Origin: an uncultured Victivallales bacterium
Lineage (GTDB): Bacteria; Verrucomicrobiota; Kiritimatiellia; UBA8416; JADHWI01
Direction: 5' to 3'
Length of the DNA: 51,861 nucleotides
Assembly: GCA_964544115.1 (NCBI GenBank)
Contig: CAZJBP010000002.1
Span: forward strand, 1 to 51,861
Below, in pieces: positions 41,156 to 51,784 of this stretch. Position numbers and translations under genes: made by a program. The notes under the pieces are model-generated. The model was not told the DNA's origin. It searched no databases and saw nothing but the letters and a program-made list of their open reading frames with translations. Position 1 is the stretch's first letter; the number at the start of each line of letters is the position of its first letter.

Positions 41156-41185
41156 TCGTCCGTGCGAGCAGGAAGGAGAACCGTC

Positions 41186-42628
41186 ATGAAGGTCTCGGTG
41201 TCGGGTCGGAAGACCGGTGTTGTCGCCCTCTATATCGTGGCATTCCTGTTGATAGCGTCCGTTGCTGCCGCAGTGATGCTCCTGCTGCAGAACATCGCCC
41301 TGCGCAAGTATGAGGCGAAGAATCCCTACGTCCGCCTGGCGGAGGTGACGGAGGATGATACCGACCCGGCCCAGTGGGGGCTGAACTGGCCGAAGGAGTA
41401 CGATGCCTACAAGCGTACGACACAGTCGACCCACACGCGGTTCGGCGGGCACGGGGGCAGTGAGGCGATGCCGCCGGAAAAGATCGACCGTGACCCGTGG
41501 CTGAAGAGAATGTTCCTTGGGTACGCCTTCTCCATCGACTACCGCGACCGGCGCGGCCACGCCTACATGCTTCAGGATCAGGCAGCCACCGGGCGGCTCA
41601 CGAAACCCCAATCCGGGTCCTGTCTGCACTGCCACGCCTCCATCATGCCACTGTATCGCGACCTGGGCAAAGGGGACGTGATGAAGGGGTTGGAGATGAC
41701 CCAGACGATGAGCTATCAGGAGACGAGCGCGAAGCTGCACGAAATGGGGCACGCGCATCCTGTGTCGTGCGTGGATTGCCACGACCCGAAGAGCATGCGG
41801 CTACGCGTCACCCGCCCGGGCTTCATCAAGGGGATTCAAGTGCTTGCGGCGTCAACGTCCGACGTTCCGCATTTGCCCTCGGTGGAGCTGTGGAGGCAAG
41901 GACCTCGCAAGGAACCCTATGACCCTAACCAGGACTCCACCCGGAACGAAATGCGCTCCTTTGTCTGCGGCCAGTGCCACGTGGAGTACTATTGCGGCGC
42001 CAAGATGCCCCTCACGTTCCCCTGGGGGCAGGGGTTGACCGTTGAGCAGGTGGAGTCCTTCTGGGATGGAACCCGGTTCGAAGACGGGCATCGCTTCTAT
42101 GATTTCAAGCACGCGGAAAGCGGTGCGGAAATCCTGAAGGCCCAGCATCCGGAGTTCGAGATGTGGAGCCAGGGCGTTCACGCCCGCAGCGGGGTCTCTT
42201 GCGCCGATTGTCACATGCCGTACATGCGGGACGGGGCCGCGAAGATTGCTGATCACTGGGTCCGCAGTCCTCTGTTGAATGTCAACCGCGCCTGCCAGCC
42301 CTGCCACAAGTTCCCAGAGGATGAAATCAAGGCGAGGGTCGACATCATACAGGGGCGGAACCATAAGCTCATGCAGCGGGCCGCTGCCGCCCTGATGGCC
42401 GAGATTGACGCCATTCAGGCGGCCAAAGCAGCCGGCATCTCCGAGGATCAGTTGAAGGCGTCTCTGGACATGCAGCGGAAGGCCCAGTGGCGACTGGATT
42501 TTGTTGCGGCGGAGAACTCGATGGGATTCCATGCCCCTCAGGAGGCCGCGCGCATCCTCGGCGAGGCCATCGATTACGCGAGACAGGGCGAAGTGATGGC
42601 GTCGAAGGCCGCCCAGACCAGCCCGTGA
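41186..42628 (+). CDS. nrfA: Pentaheme cytochrome c552 nitrite reductase (CXXCH first-heme variant)
   Basis: RGHAYML.DQ; five CxxCH; CGQCHVEYY; LKAQHPEFE; AENSMGFH. Confidence 0.94.
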   Translation: MKVSVSGRKTGVVALYIVAFLLIASVAAAVMLLLQNIALRKYEAKNPYVRLAEVTEDDTDPAQWGLNWPKEYDAYKRTTQSTHTRFGGHGGSEAMPPEKIDRDPWLKRMFLGYAFSIDYRDRRGHAYMLQDQAATGRLTKPQSGSCLHCHASIMPLYRDLGKGDVMKGLEMTQTMSYQETSAKLHEMGHAHPVSCVDCHDPKSMRLRVTRPGFIKGIQVLAASTSDVPHLPSVELWRQGPRKEPYDPNQDSTRNEMRSFVCGQCHVEYYCGAKMPLTFPWGQGLTVEQVESFWDGTRFEDGHRFYDFKHAESGAEILKAQHPEFEMWSQGVHARSGVSCADCHMPYMRDGAAKIADHWVRSPLLNVNRACQPCHKFPEDEIKARVDIIQGRNHKLMQRAAAALMAEIDAIQAAKAAGISEDQLKASLDMQRKAQWRLDFVAAENSMGFHAPQEAARILGEAIDYARQGEVMASKAAQTSP

Positions 42629-42670
42629 CGCGGCCGCCACCTCGCAAGAGGGGCGCTGGCGTCGCGGTCA

Positions 42671-43888
42671 TCAGATCGCGTGCATGAGCAGGCCCGAGCG
42701 GAGCTTCGGTTCGAACCACGTGCTCTTCGGGGGCATGATGCCGCCGGCGTCGGCGATGGCCATCATCTGGTCCACGGTCACGGGGTGCATCGAGAAGGCC
42801 ACGGCCATGGCGCCGCCGTCCACGTGGCGGACGAGTTCGCCCGTCCCGCGGATGCCGCCGACGAAGTCGATGCGCTTGGACGTCCGCGGATCGTCAATGC
42901 CGAGGAGCGGCGCCAGCACGCGGTCCTGGAGCACGCTGACGTCGAGCGAGGCCATGGGGTCGGATCCCGGGGGGAGATCCCAGGCCAGCCCGTACCAGCG
43001 TCCGGCCAGGTACATGCTGCAGGTGCGGGGGCGGTTGGGCGACGGGGCTGGGTCCGGAGTCACGCGGAAGATCCGCGCCACTTCGGCGAGGAACGCTTCC
43101 GGCGTGCGCCCGTTGAGGTCCTTTACGCAGCGGTTGTAGGGCATGATCCTCAGCTGGCTGGATGGAAAGAGCACCGTCAGGAACCACTGCGACGAGGCGT
43201 CGGGGATTTGCGTTGATGCGCGGGCCGCCAGCTCCCGCGCGGCGCGGACCGCTGCGGCGCAGCGGTGGTGGCCGTCGGCGATGTAGGCGGTGGGGATGTC
43301 GTGGAAGGCGGTGACAAACGCCGCCGGGTCGGGCACGCGCCAGATGGTGTGCGTGACCCCGTCGGGGGAACTCACCTCCATCATTGGCGCCGCCTTCTCG
43401 GTTTCGGCGGTGAGCTGGTCCACCCGCGTGTTGTCGCGATGCGTCAGCAGTGCGGGGCCGACCTGGGCGCGCAGCGCGAGAATGTGGCGCGTGCGGTCCT
43501 CCTCCTTGTCCGCGCGCGTCTTCTCGTGAACCCGGACCACGCCGGTCGCGTAGTCGCGGACGTGGCAGCAGGCGACGACGCCGTGCTGCACGTGATCGCC
43601 CATCCGCTGCCGGTAGACGTAGATGCGCTCGCCGGAGTCGCGCTCGATCACCCCGGCATCGAGAAAGCGACGGAAGGTGGCGGCGGCGTGGGCGTAGGCC
43701 TCATCGGCGTGGGGGTCGGCCCCGTCCGGCATATCGATCTCAGGCCGGGAGACGTGGAGCAGGCTCCAGGGCTCGCCCTGCGCCAGTTGCCGCGCTTCGG
43801 CGGTATTCACGGTGTCGTAGGGGGGGGCGGCCACGCGCTGGGCGAGGTCGGGGCGCGGGTGCAAGGCGGTGAACGGACTGATGCGCAA
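42671..43888 (-). CDS. DUF1015 family protein
   Basis: PPYD, HEKT, YIADGHHR, MPPKSTWFEPKLRSGL; TTG start with GAGGAG SD. Confidence 0.9.
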   Translation of the reverse strand: MRISPFTALHPRPDLAQRVAAPPYDTVNTAEARQLAQGEPWSLLHVSRPEIDMPDGADPHADEAYAHAAATFRRFLDAGVIERDSGERIYVYRQRMGDHVQHGVVACCHVRDYATGVVRVHEKTRADKEEDRTRHILALRAQVGPALLTHRDNTRVDQLTAETEKAAPMMEVSSPDGVTHTIWRVPDPAAFVTAFHDIPTAYIADGHHRCAAAVRAARELAARASTQIPDASSQWFLTVLFPSSQLRIMPYNRCVKDLNGRTPEAFLAEVARIFRVTPDPAPSPNRPRTCSMYLAGRWYGLAWDLPPGSDPMASLDVSVLQDRVLAPLLGIDDPRTSKRIDFVGGIRGTGELVRHVDGGAMAVAFSMHPVTVDQMMAIADAGGIMPPKSTWFEPKLRSGLLMHAI

Positions 43889-44068
43889 GGCTGACTCCTC
43901 CAGTTGAGGAGGCGATTCAAGCCGAAGCCCGCACGGCCTGTCAATCGCCGAAAGGGCCGCAACGTTTGGATTGTTCCGGCGGCGGAATTCCGGTATCGAT
44001 AGGTTGGCGGCCGCGAGCGATGGTTTTATCTCTTCAGCGTCTGTCCGCAGAAGGGCGGTGACGGTAGA

Positions 44069-45310
44069 ATGATAGCGATTCCCCTCCTGGTTCAGGCGTT
44101 GATGAACCGCGGCGTGCGGGTGCACGCCCCCACCTCGGTTCACATTGACCCCGGCGTCGACGTCTCGCGCATCGAGCAGGGGGTGGCGATTCACGCCGGC
44201 TGCCGGCTCTTCGGGGCGCAGCTGTCCATCGGCCCGGGGTGCGAGATCGGCCGCGAGGCGCCGGCGACGCTCACGGACTGCCGCCTGGGTTCCCGTGTGG
44301 TCTTTGCAGGCGGGTGCGCGACGGATGCCGTGTTTCTCGACGGCGTCTCGGTGGGGTCGGGGGCGCACGTGCGCGCCGGCACGTTGCTGGAGGAGCAGTC
44401 CATCGCCGCCCACACGGTGGGGCTGAAGCAGACGGTGCTGATGCCGTTCGTCACGCTGGGCAGCCTGATCAACTTCTGCGATTGCCTGATGGCCGGCGGC
44501 ACCGACCGCGGCAACCACTCCGAGGTCGGCTCGTCCTATGTCCACTTCAACTTCACGCCGCACCATGACAAGGCCACCCCGTCGCTGATCGGCGACGTGC
44601 CGCGCGGGGTCATGCTCGACCAGCCCCCGATCTTCCTCGGCGGCCAGGGCGGGCTGGTGGGGCCCTGCCGGGTTGAATACGGCACGGTCATCGCGGCCGG
44701 GACGGTTTACCGGCACGACGTCGCGGAGAAGGGGTCGCTGGTGTTCGGGCAGTTCTCCCGGCCGGCCGGCCAGGCCGGCTACGTGGCCGGCCTGTACGGC
44801 GACATCCGCCGCCAGGTGACGAACAACCTGATCTACATCGGCAACCTGGCGGCGCTGACGGCGTGGTACCGGCACGCCCGCGAGCCGTTCCTCTCTCGCA
44901 CCCCTTCCGGCGCGCGCTGCCTCGGAGGCGCCTTGGCGGGGCTGGAGGCGATGGTGAACGAGCGCCTGGCCCGCATGCGCGAACTGGCCGGGAAGATGCC
45001 GGCCTCGATCGATCTTGCGCGCCATCGCAATGCCGCGGCGCTCAACGACCGCGCGCACCGCGATCAGGCCTGTCTGGCCGATCGGTGGGCGAAGGCCGAG
45101 GCGCGCCTGCGCGTTGCGGCGGCCGCGGGTGTCGCCGAGGCGGATCGCGACACCGTCCTCGCCGGGCTGAAACGGGCGGGCGACAAGGGCGACTACGTCG
45201 CCGCGGTGAAGGCGCTCTCATCCGAATCGCGGGCCGCAGGCACGCGGTGGCTGCAGGCGATCGTCGACGCCGTGGTCGCCGCCGCGCAGGTGCTGGACGC
45301 CAAGGACTGA
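44069..45310 (+). CDS. GlmU-like hexapeptide-repeat (left-handed beta-helix) protein
   Basis: Hexapeptide repeats; AHVRAGTLLEE, LGSLINFCDCL, NFTP; upstream of glmM. Confidence 0.7.
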   Translation: MIAIPLLVQALMNRGVRVHAPTSVHIDPGVDVSRIEQGVAIHAGCRLFGAQLSIGPGCEIGREAPATLTDCRLGSRVVFAGGCATDAVFLDGVSVGSGAHVRAGTLLEEQSIAAHTVGLKQTVLMPFVTLGSLINFCDCLMAGGTDRGNHSEVGSSYVHFNFTPHHDKATPSLIGDVPRGVMLDQPPIFLGGQGGLVGPCRVEYGTVIAAGTVYRHDVAEKGSLVFGQFSRPAGQAGYVAGLYGDIRRQVTNNLIYIGNLAALTAWYRHAREPFLSRTPSGARCLGGALAGLEAMVNERLARMRELAGKMPASIDLARHRNAAALNDRAHRDQACLADRWAKAEARLRVAAAAGVAEADRDTVLAGLKRAGDKGDYVAAVKALSSESRAAGTRWLQAIVDAVVAAAQVLDAKD

Positions 45311-45389
45311 GGCCCTGAGGGTGGGGCGGCGGCGCGTCCACCCCGGGTGAACACCGGGCAACGAACCAACAAACGCAGGAGGCTCCATC

Positions 45390-46739
45390 GTGGGCGATCT
45401 CTTCGGTACGGACGGCGTGCGGGGCGTGGCAAATGTGCACCCGATGACCGCCGAAACGGCGATGGCCATCGGGCGTGCCGCGGCCCGGGTCTGCCGCCGC
45501 GGCGAGCACCGGCATCGCATCGTCATCGGCAAGGATACCCGCCTGAGCGGCTACATGATCGAGACCGCGCTGACCTCGGGCATCTGTTCCATGGGCGTGG
45601 ATGTCCTGCTGGTCGGCCCGGTGCCGACGCCGGGCATCGCGTTCATCACGCGCAGCATGCGGGCCGATGCGGGCATCGTCATCTCGGCCTCGCACAACCC
45701 GTACCAGGACAACGGCATCAAGATCTTCTCCCGCGAGGGATTCAAGATCTCCGACGAGCAGGAGCAGCGCATCGAGAGCCTCGTCCTCACCGGCGAAGCC
45801 ACCCGGCTCAGCGCCGCGCCGGAGGACATCGGCAAGGCCCAGCGCATCGACGACGCCATCGGCCGCTACATCGAGTTCTGCAAGCAGACCTTCCCCAACG
45901 AGCTGACCCTGGACGGGCTGAAGCTGGTCGTGGACTGCGCCAACGGCGCCACGTACCGGGTGGCGCCGATCATCTTCTCCGAGCTCGGAGCGGAGGTCAT
46001 CGCCATCCACAACCATCCCGATGGGCGCAACATCAACGCGGGCTGCGGCTCGCAGCACACCGCGGACCTCGCCGCCGCGGTGCGCGAGGCCGGGGCTCAC
46101 GCCGGGCTGGCCTTCGACGGCGACGGGGACCGGCTCATCGCCGTGGATGAAGCCGGCGTCGAGCTGACCGGCGACCACCTCATTGCGATTGCGGCCCGCG
46201 ACATGCAGGCGCGCGGCGTGCTGCGCGGCGGCCGGGTGGTGGTGACGCCGATGAGCAACCTGGGCTTGCGGCTGGCGCTGGACGCCATGGGGGTGAGCCA
46301 TGAGGATGCCCCGGTCGGCGACCGCAACGTGCTGGAACTCATGCGCGCCCGCGGCGCCGTGCTGGGGGGCGAGCAGTCGGGCCACGTGATCTACCTGGAC
46401 CGCCACACGACCGGGGACGGGATCGTCTCCGCGCTGCAGCTGCTCGCGGTCATGTGCCGGTCGGGGGCGCGGCTGTCGGAGCTGCGCGGCGTCTTTACGC
46501 CGGCTCCCCAGACGCTGATCAACGTGGAGGTGCGCGCCAAGCCGGACCTGTCGAAGGTGCCCGAACTGCAGGCCGCGATCGCCGACGCGGAGCGGCGCCT
46601 TGATGGGAAGGGGCGTGTGCTGGTACGTTACTCCGGCACGCAGTTGCTGTGCCGCGTCATGGTTGAGGCCTCGGCGGAGACGTTGACGCAGTCCATCGCA
46701 TCGGAACTGGAGGCGAAGGTTCGTGAACTGTTGGGGTGA
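45390..46739 (+). CDS. glmM: Phosphoglucosamine mutase
   Basis: LFGTDGVRG, GKDTRLSGY, SASHNP, DGDGDR, GGEQSGH, RYSGT. Confidence 0.96.
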   Translation: MGDLFGTDGVRGVANVHPMTAETAMAIGRAAARVCRRGEHRHRIVIGKDTRLSGYMIETALTSGICSMGVDVLLVGPVPTPGIAFITRSMRADAGIVISASHNPYQDNGIKIFSREGFKISDEQEQRIESLVLTGEATRLSAAPEDIGKAQRIDDAIGRYIEFCKQTFPNELTLDGLKLVVDCANGATYRVAPIIFSELGAEVIAIHNHPDGRNINAGCGSQHTADLAAAVREAGAHAGLAFDGDGDRLIAVDEAGVELTGDHLIAIAARDMQARGVLRGGRVVVTPMSNLGLRLALDAMGVSHEDAPVGDRNVLELMRARGAVLGGEQSGHVIYLDRHTTGDGIVSALQLLAVMCRSGARLSELRGVFTPAPQTLINVEVRAKPDLSKVPELQAAIADAERRLDGKGRVLVRYSGTQLLCRVMVEASAETLTQSIASELEAKVRELLG

Positions 46740-46748
46740 AGAGGGCAG

Positions 46749-47919
46749 TGTGGCCGGCGCGCGTCGGCGCGGTGGGTGTCTGTTGAGCGGCTGGTGGCGG
46801 GCGGCTCTGGCCTTTGCGCTGGTGGGCGTTTCGGCGTCCGCCGCCCAGAAGAACGATCTAGTCGTCCTGCGCGCGTCGTTCGAGGATTCGCTGACGAAGA
46901 TCGTTGCCGAACACAAGGCCCGGGTACAGGCCGTGCCGGAGACCTATGTCGCCGGGCTCAAGGCGCTGATGGAGTCGAGGCAGAAGGCTGGCGATCTGGA
47001 CAGCCTGCTCCGTGTTCGCTCGGAGTTCGAGCGCTTCGAGCGCGAGCAGTCCGTGCCCGAGGCGTCGCGGGCGGATGCGTCCCCCGAGGTCAAGGCCCTG
47101 CAGGAACAGTACCTCAAGGGCGGCGTCGCGGCGGGGGCTGAGAAGAGGGGGCTGATTCTCGCGCTGGCCGACCGGTATGTGGCGCAACTGAATGAGCGGG
47201 TGCGTTCGTCGACACAGGCTGGCGACATCGACGGGGCTCTCGCATATCGCGGCGAGATTGAACGCGCCCAAGCGCTGCCCGAGGTTGCGGCCGCAGAATT
47301 CGATCGTGCGGCCGAAGTTCCCTCCGGCGTCGGCGTGGCCGCGCCGGCGCCGCCGCCCGGGGCGGGCGACAAGTGTCCGGCCTGCGCCGGCGGCGGCAAG
47401 GGGCGTGTCGTGTGTGCGGCCTGCGGCGGGGTGGGAGAGTGCAGCGCGTGCGGCGGCCACGGCAAGCGTGCGGGGCTGGGCTCCAGTATGCTCATGTGCA
47501 CGGCGTGCCGCGGGTCCGGCAAGTGCAGAACCTGCGGAGGGTCGGGACAGACGGACACCTCCGCCGCCTGCGAACTGTGCCAGGGAAGCGGGCGTGTCAA
47601 GATGGTCGAACTGAAGGGGGTGCTGGACGCCCCTGGCAGCTATGAAGGCAAGACGGTGTGTGTGCGCGTCCGCGTGACGCGCGCCAACCTGTGGGGCGAT
47701 CCAACGTCGTGGAACGTCGGCACGGTGGGCGTGGCGCTCAGGGATCCGTCGCCGGAGGATGAGGGGGCGTGGATTCCGTCGAGAGAAATCCCCGTGGCCT
47801 CGAGGGCTGTGGCTGGAAAGCTGGCCCGGCTCGTCGGCAAGGGAGGCGGGCCCCTGGTGGCGACGTTGAAGGTCGGGACATCCCAGAGCCCTGTCATACA
47901 AGATGTCTATGGCCCCTGA
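46749..47919 (+). CDS. Secreted hypothetical protein with a helical region and six CxxCxGxG (DnaJ-type) repeats (start uncertain)
   Basis: Signal peptide-like segment; CPACAGGG, CAACGGVG, CSACGGHG, CTACRGSG, CRTCGGSG, CELCQGSG. Confidence 0.7.
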
Positions 47920-47970
47920 TGGCAGGCACGTTCCGCAGGCCTTTCAAGGCCGATGGGTGAGAAAGTACTT

Positions 47971-49164
47971 ATGAGTGAGATTGTCATTACGCTCAAGCCC
48001 CAGTCCGATGAGTTCGCCCACCGGCATCACCCGTGGGTCTTTTCCGGCGCCATCGGGGCGGTGGCAGGTGATCCGGTGGCGGGCGACACCGTGCTGGTGC
48101 GCTCGGTCGACGGGACAGTCTGGGGGCGCGGCGCCTGGTCGCCCCGCTCGCAGATGATGGTGCGCCTGTGGACGTTTGAACCGGAAGAGGCCATCGATGA
48201 GGCGTTCTTCCGACGGCGGATCGAGCAGGCCGCCGCACTGCGCTCCAGCCTGGCGGCGCAGATCGATTCCGACGCGTACCGCGTGGTGAATGCCGAGGCC
48301 GACGGCCTGCCGGGCATCATCGTCGACCGCTATGGCGACGCGCTGGTGTGCCAGTTTCTATCGACCGGCGCAGAGCGATGGAAGAGCGTCGTTGTGCGGG
48401 AGCTGGGCGCGGTGTTCTCCCCGGCCTCGATTTACGAGCGGTCGGACACGGACTCGCGCGCCCGCGAGGGCCTGGACCCGGCAGAGGGCCTCCTTGCGGG
48501 GCGTGAGCCGCCCGAGAGAATTGTGATCCGCGAGGGAACCGTCCGGTACGAGGTGGACGTTCGCCACGGCCACAAGACCGGCTTCTACCTCGACCAGCGG
48601 GAAAACCGCCGCCATGTCGCCGCCGCGGCCGCCGGCCGCGATGTGCTGAACGTGTTTGCCTACACCGGGGCCTTCGGCGTGGCCGCGCTGGCGGCGGGCG
48701 CCCATCACGTGACGAACGTGGAATCATCCGCAGCGGCGCTGGAGGGGGCCCGGGCCCACGTCGCGTTGAACGCGCTTCCCGAAGAGAAGGTGGAGTACAT
48801 CGAAGGCGACGCCTTCAACGTCCTGCGCCAGTTTCGCGACAGCCGGAGGCAGTTCGACCTCATCGTGCTCGACCCTCCGCGGTTTGCGGCTTCGCGGCGC
48901 CAGCTGGAGGGCGCGTGCCGGGGCTACAAGGACATCAACCTGCTGGCGTTCAAGCTGCTGCGCAAGGGCGGGCTGCTGGCGACGTTCTCATGCTCCGAGC
49001 ACATGGAGTCGGATCTCTTCCAGAAGGTGGTGGCCGACGCCGCCCTGGACGCGCACCGCCCGGCCCGCATCCTGCGCTGGTTCTCCCAGGCCTCCGATCA
49101 CCCCGTGGCTCTCAATGTGCCCGAAGGCCGCTATCTCAAGGGCCTGCTGTGCCGCGTGGAGTGA
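47971..49164 (+). CDS. rlmI: RlmI-like 23S rRNA m5C methyltransferase
   Basis: HPWVFSG PUA domain, EADGLPG, GHKTGFYLDQR, FAYTG, LDPP, FSCS, YLKG. Confidence 0.9.
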   Translation: MSEIVITLKPQSDEFAHRHHPWVFSGAIGAVAGDPVAGDTVLVRSVDGTVWGRGAWSPRSQMMVRLWTFEPEEAIDEAFFRRRIEQAAALRSSLAAQIDSDAYRVVNAEADGLPGIIVDRYGDALVCQFLSTGAERWKSVVVRELGAVFSPASIYERSDTDSRAREGLDPAEGLLAGREPPERIVIREGTVRYEVDVRHGHKTGFYLDQRENRRHVAAAAAGRDVLNVFAYTGAFGVAALAAGAHHVTNVESSAAALEGARAHVALNALPEEKVEYIEGDAFNVLRQFRDSRRQFDLIVLDPPRFAASRRQLEGACRGYKDINLLAFKLLRKGGLLATFSCSEHMESDLFQKVVADAALDAHRPARILRWFSQASDHPVALNVPEGRYLKGLLCRVE

Positions 49165-49224
49165 GCCCCATTTTCCCGCGGCAACGGCTCGACTCCGTCC
49201 GTCGGGTTCACTATCGTGCCGCCC

Positions 49225-49845
49225 ATGTCCCGAGACCTGAAAGCCGCCGTCGTGCCGCGCGCCCCCGCCCGGGCGGCCTCGCTCGTGCTGGCCTCGGCCT
49301 CGCCGCGCCGGAGGAAGGTCCTCTCCGAGGCGGGGGTGCGGTTCGAGGTGGTCGTGCCCGAGGTGGAGGAGCTCGGAGCCGGGCCTGACCCGGCTGCGCT
49401 GGCGCTCGAGAACGCGCGCCGCAAGAACGCCTGGTGCCGCAGCCGCCATCCCGGCCGCCACGTGCTCTCGGCCGATACGGTCGTGGTGCTGGACAACGCG
49501 TGCCTTGGCAAACCCGTTGACCTCGCCCAGGCGGTGGAGTTTCTCCAGCGCCTGTCCGACCGCGACCACCGCGTCCTGACCGCCAGCGTGTTCACGGCCC
49601 CCGGAGAGGCTGACGATGAAGCGGTGACCGCGTCGATCGTCCACTTCCGTCCGCTGTCGGATGCCGTCATCCGCGAGTATCTCGGGCGCGTCGAGCCTCT
49701 GGACAAGGCCGGCGCGTACGACATCGACCAGCACGGCAGCCTCCTGATCGAGTCCTGGGCGGGTTCCTGGACCAACATCATGGGCCTTGCGCGCGAGCGC
49801 GTGGACGCCTGGCTGGTGCGCCATCCGGAGTTTCTCGCGCCATGA
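49225..49845 (+). CDS. maf: Maf-family nucleotide pyrophosphatase
   Basis: LASASPRRR, SADTVV, LGKP, DKAGAY, NIMGL. Confidence 0.92.
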   Translation: MSRDLKAAVVPRAPARAASLVLASASPRRRKVLSEAGVRFEVVVPEVEELGAGPDPAALALENARRKNAWCRSRHPGRHVLSADTVVVLDNACLGKPVDLAQAVEFLQRLSDRDHRVLTASVFTAPGEADDEAVTASIVHFRPLSDAVIREYLGRVEPLDKAGAYDIDQHGSLLIESWAGSWTNIMGLARERVDAWLVRHPEFLAP

Positions 49846-50864
49846 TCGCCCCCCTCCAGCTCGGAGGCCTGCGGATCGACGTGCCGCTGTTCCTCGCGCC
49901 CATGGCCGGGCTGACCGACGCGGCCTTCCGCAGCACCTGCCGGATGGGAGGGGCCAGCATGGCCTTCACCGAGGTGGCCTGCGCCACGGGGCTCACGCAC
50001 AATTCGGGCCGCACGCTGTTCTTGCTGGAATCGTTCGACGGCGAGCGGCCGACCGCCGCGCACCTCTTCGGGTCTGATCCGGCGGATATGGCCGAAGCCG
50101 CCCGGCGGGCCGAGGCGCTGGGCCGGTTCGACCTCATCGACATCAACTGCGGCTGCCCGGTCCGCCGCGTGATGGCCCGGGGAGCCGGCGCCGCGCTCAT
50201 GCACAAGCCTGAGCGCGTACGCGACATCGTTCGCGCGGTCACGTCGGCCGTATCGCTGCCGGTCACGGTCAAGACACGCCTCGGCCCGAAGCCCGGCACG
50301 GTCTCGGCGCTCGACATTGCCCGGGCGACCGCCGATGGCGGCGGGGTGGCTCTGTTCGTCCACGCGCGCTACACCACGCAGGTGCACCAGGGCCCGACCG
50401 ACCTGGCGACGCTGGCGTCCATCGTGCGCTCCAGCCCCGTGCCCGTGGTGGCGAACGGGAGCATCGGGGATGCGGCGAGCTCGCTCCGCGTGCTGAGCGA
50501 GACCGGGGCCGCCGGGCTGATGATCGGCCGCGCCGCCGTGGGCCGGCCGTGGATGTTCGGCGAGATACGGGCGGCGCTGACGGGCGAGGCGCCGCCTCCC
50601 GAGCCGACCGACACGTGCATACGGGCGGTCATCCGCGGGCACATCGACCGGGAGTACGAACTGCGGCTGCGGGAGGTGCGGTTCCGGTACACCCGACGGC
50701 GCGAGCCCGAGGCCGCCGCCGCAGTGTCGTTCCGCGCGCACCTGCTGCGCTACCTGGCCGGCCGCCGCGGCTCGGTCGAAGTCCGCCGCCACCTCAACGA
50801 GGTGCTGCGCCTGGAGGATGTGTGGCGTCTGGCGGACATGGTGCTGGAGCCGGAGCCGACGTGA
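49842..50864 (+). CDS. tRNA-dihydrouridine synthase (DusB-like)
   Basis: LAPMAGLTD, DINCGCPV, PVTVKTRLG, VANG.I, MIGRAAVG.PW. Confidence 0.92.
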   Translation: MIAPLQLGGLRIDVPLFLAPMAGLTDAAFRSTCRMGGASMAFTEVACATGLTHNSGRTLFLLESFDGERPTAAHLFGSDPADMAEAARRAEALGRFDLIDINCGCPVRRVMARGAGAALMHKPERVRDIVRAVTSAVSLPVTVKTRLGPKPGTVSALDIARATADGGGVALFVHARYTTQVHQGPTDLATLASIVRSSPVPVVANGSIGDAASSLRVLSETGAAGLMIGRAAVGRPWMFGEIRAALTGEAPPPEPTDTCIRAVIRGHIDREYELRLREVRFRYTRRREPEAAAAVSFRAHLLRYLAGRRGSVEVRRHLNEVLRLEDVWRLADMVLEPEPT

Positions 50865-50969
50865 GTGCCGCCGCTGCGGCCGGCCCCGTTGACTTGACAG
50901 CCACGGGAATGAGGGCGTACGGTCCGCCCGAACCAGCGACGTGCGAAATGGCAGACGGGATCCTTGGGT

Positions 50970-51779
50970 ATGAAAATCATTCGTTTTGTTGATGAGAAAG
51001 CCATCGTCCGCTACGGCCGTCCGCTGGACGACGGTTTCACGAAGGCGGTCCTGCTGAAGGGCGACCCGTACGACGGGTTCAAGGAAACGCGCACGAAGGT
51101 CGCCGTCCACAAGTTGCTGGCACCGGTGGATCCGGCGGCCATTCTGTGCGTCGGGCTGAACTACCGTCAGCACGCCGTCGAGACCCACGCGCCGATTCCC
51201 GACGAGCCGGTGCTGTTCATGAAGAACCCGGCCGCGTTGAACCACCCGGGCGACCCGATCATCATTCCGGCCTCGTGCAGCCATCCGCCGGAGGTGGATT
51301 ACGAAGTCGAACTGGCCGTGGTCATCAAGCAGACCGCCCGCGATGTGAAGGCGGACGAGGCGCTGGCCTACGTGGCCGGGTACACGATCGGCAACGATGT
51401 GTCCGCGCGCACCTGGCAGAAGCGCCGCAGCGGCGGGCAATGGGTCCGGGGCAAGAGCTTTGACACGTTCTGCCCCCTGGGGCCGGTGTTGGTGACGCCC
51501 GATGAGATCGACGATCCGCAGTCGCTGGGCCTTTCCTGCCGGCTCAATGGCAAGCCCCTGCAGGAGGCCAACACCTCCGACATGATCTTCACGGTTGCCC
51601 AGCTGATCGAGCACCTCTCGGCCGGCATGACACTTGTAATGGGCACCGTGATCCTCACCGGAACGCCCAGCGGAGTGGGGGTGGCCCGTTCACCGCAGGT
51701 GTTTCTCAAGCCGGGTGACCGCCTGGAGCTGAGCATCGACCGCATCGGCACCCTCGTGTGTCCCGTCGAAGGGGCGTAG
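50970..51779 (+). CDS. Fumarylacetoacetate hydrolase family protein
   Basis: CVGLNY, DYEVELAVVI, NDVSAR, GKSFDTFCPLGP, TGTPSGVG. Confidence 0.94.
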   Translation: MKIIRFVDEKAIVRYGRPLDDGFTKAVLLKGDPYDGFKETRTKVAVHKLLAPVDPAAILCVGLNYRQHAVETHAPIPDEPVLFMKNPAALNHPGDPIIIPASCSHPPEVDYEVELAVVIKQTARDVKADEALAYVAGYTIGNDVSARTWQKRRSGGQWVRGKSFDTFCPLGPVLVTPDEIDDPQSLGLSCRLNGKPLQEANTSDMIFTVAQLIEHLSAGMTLVMGTVILTGTPSGVGVARSPQVFLKPGDRLELSIDRIGTLVCPVEGA

Positions 51780-51784
51780 GGGGG

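Noticed and set aside
40460-42670. nrfHA as an island integrated at tRNA-Asp
   Set aside because: No duplicated tRNA 3' end or integrase found; only a short hairpin after nrfA.
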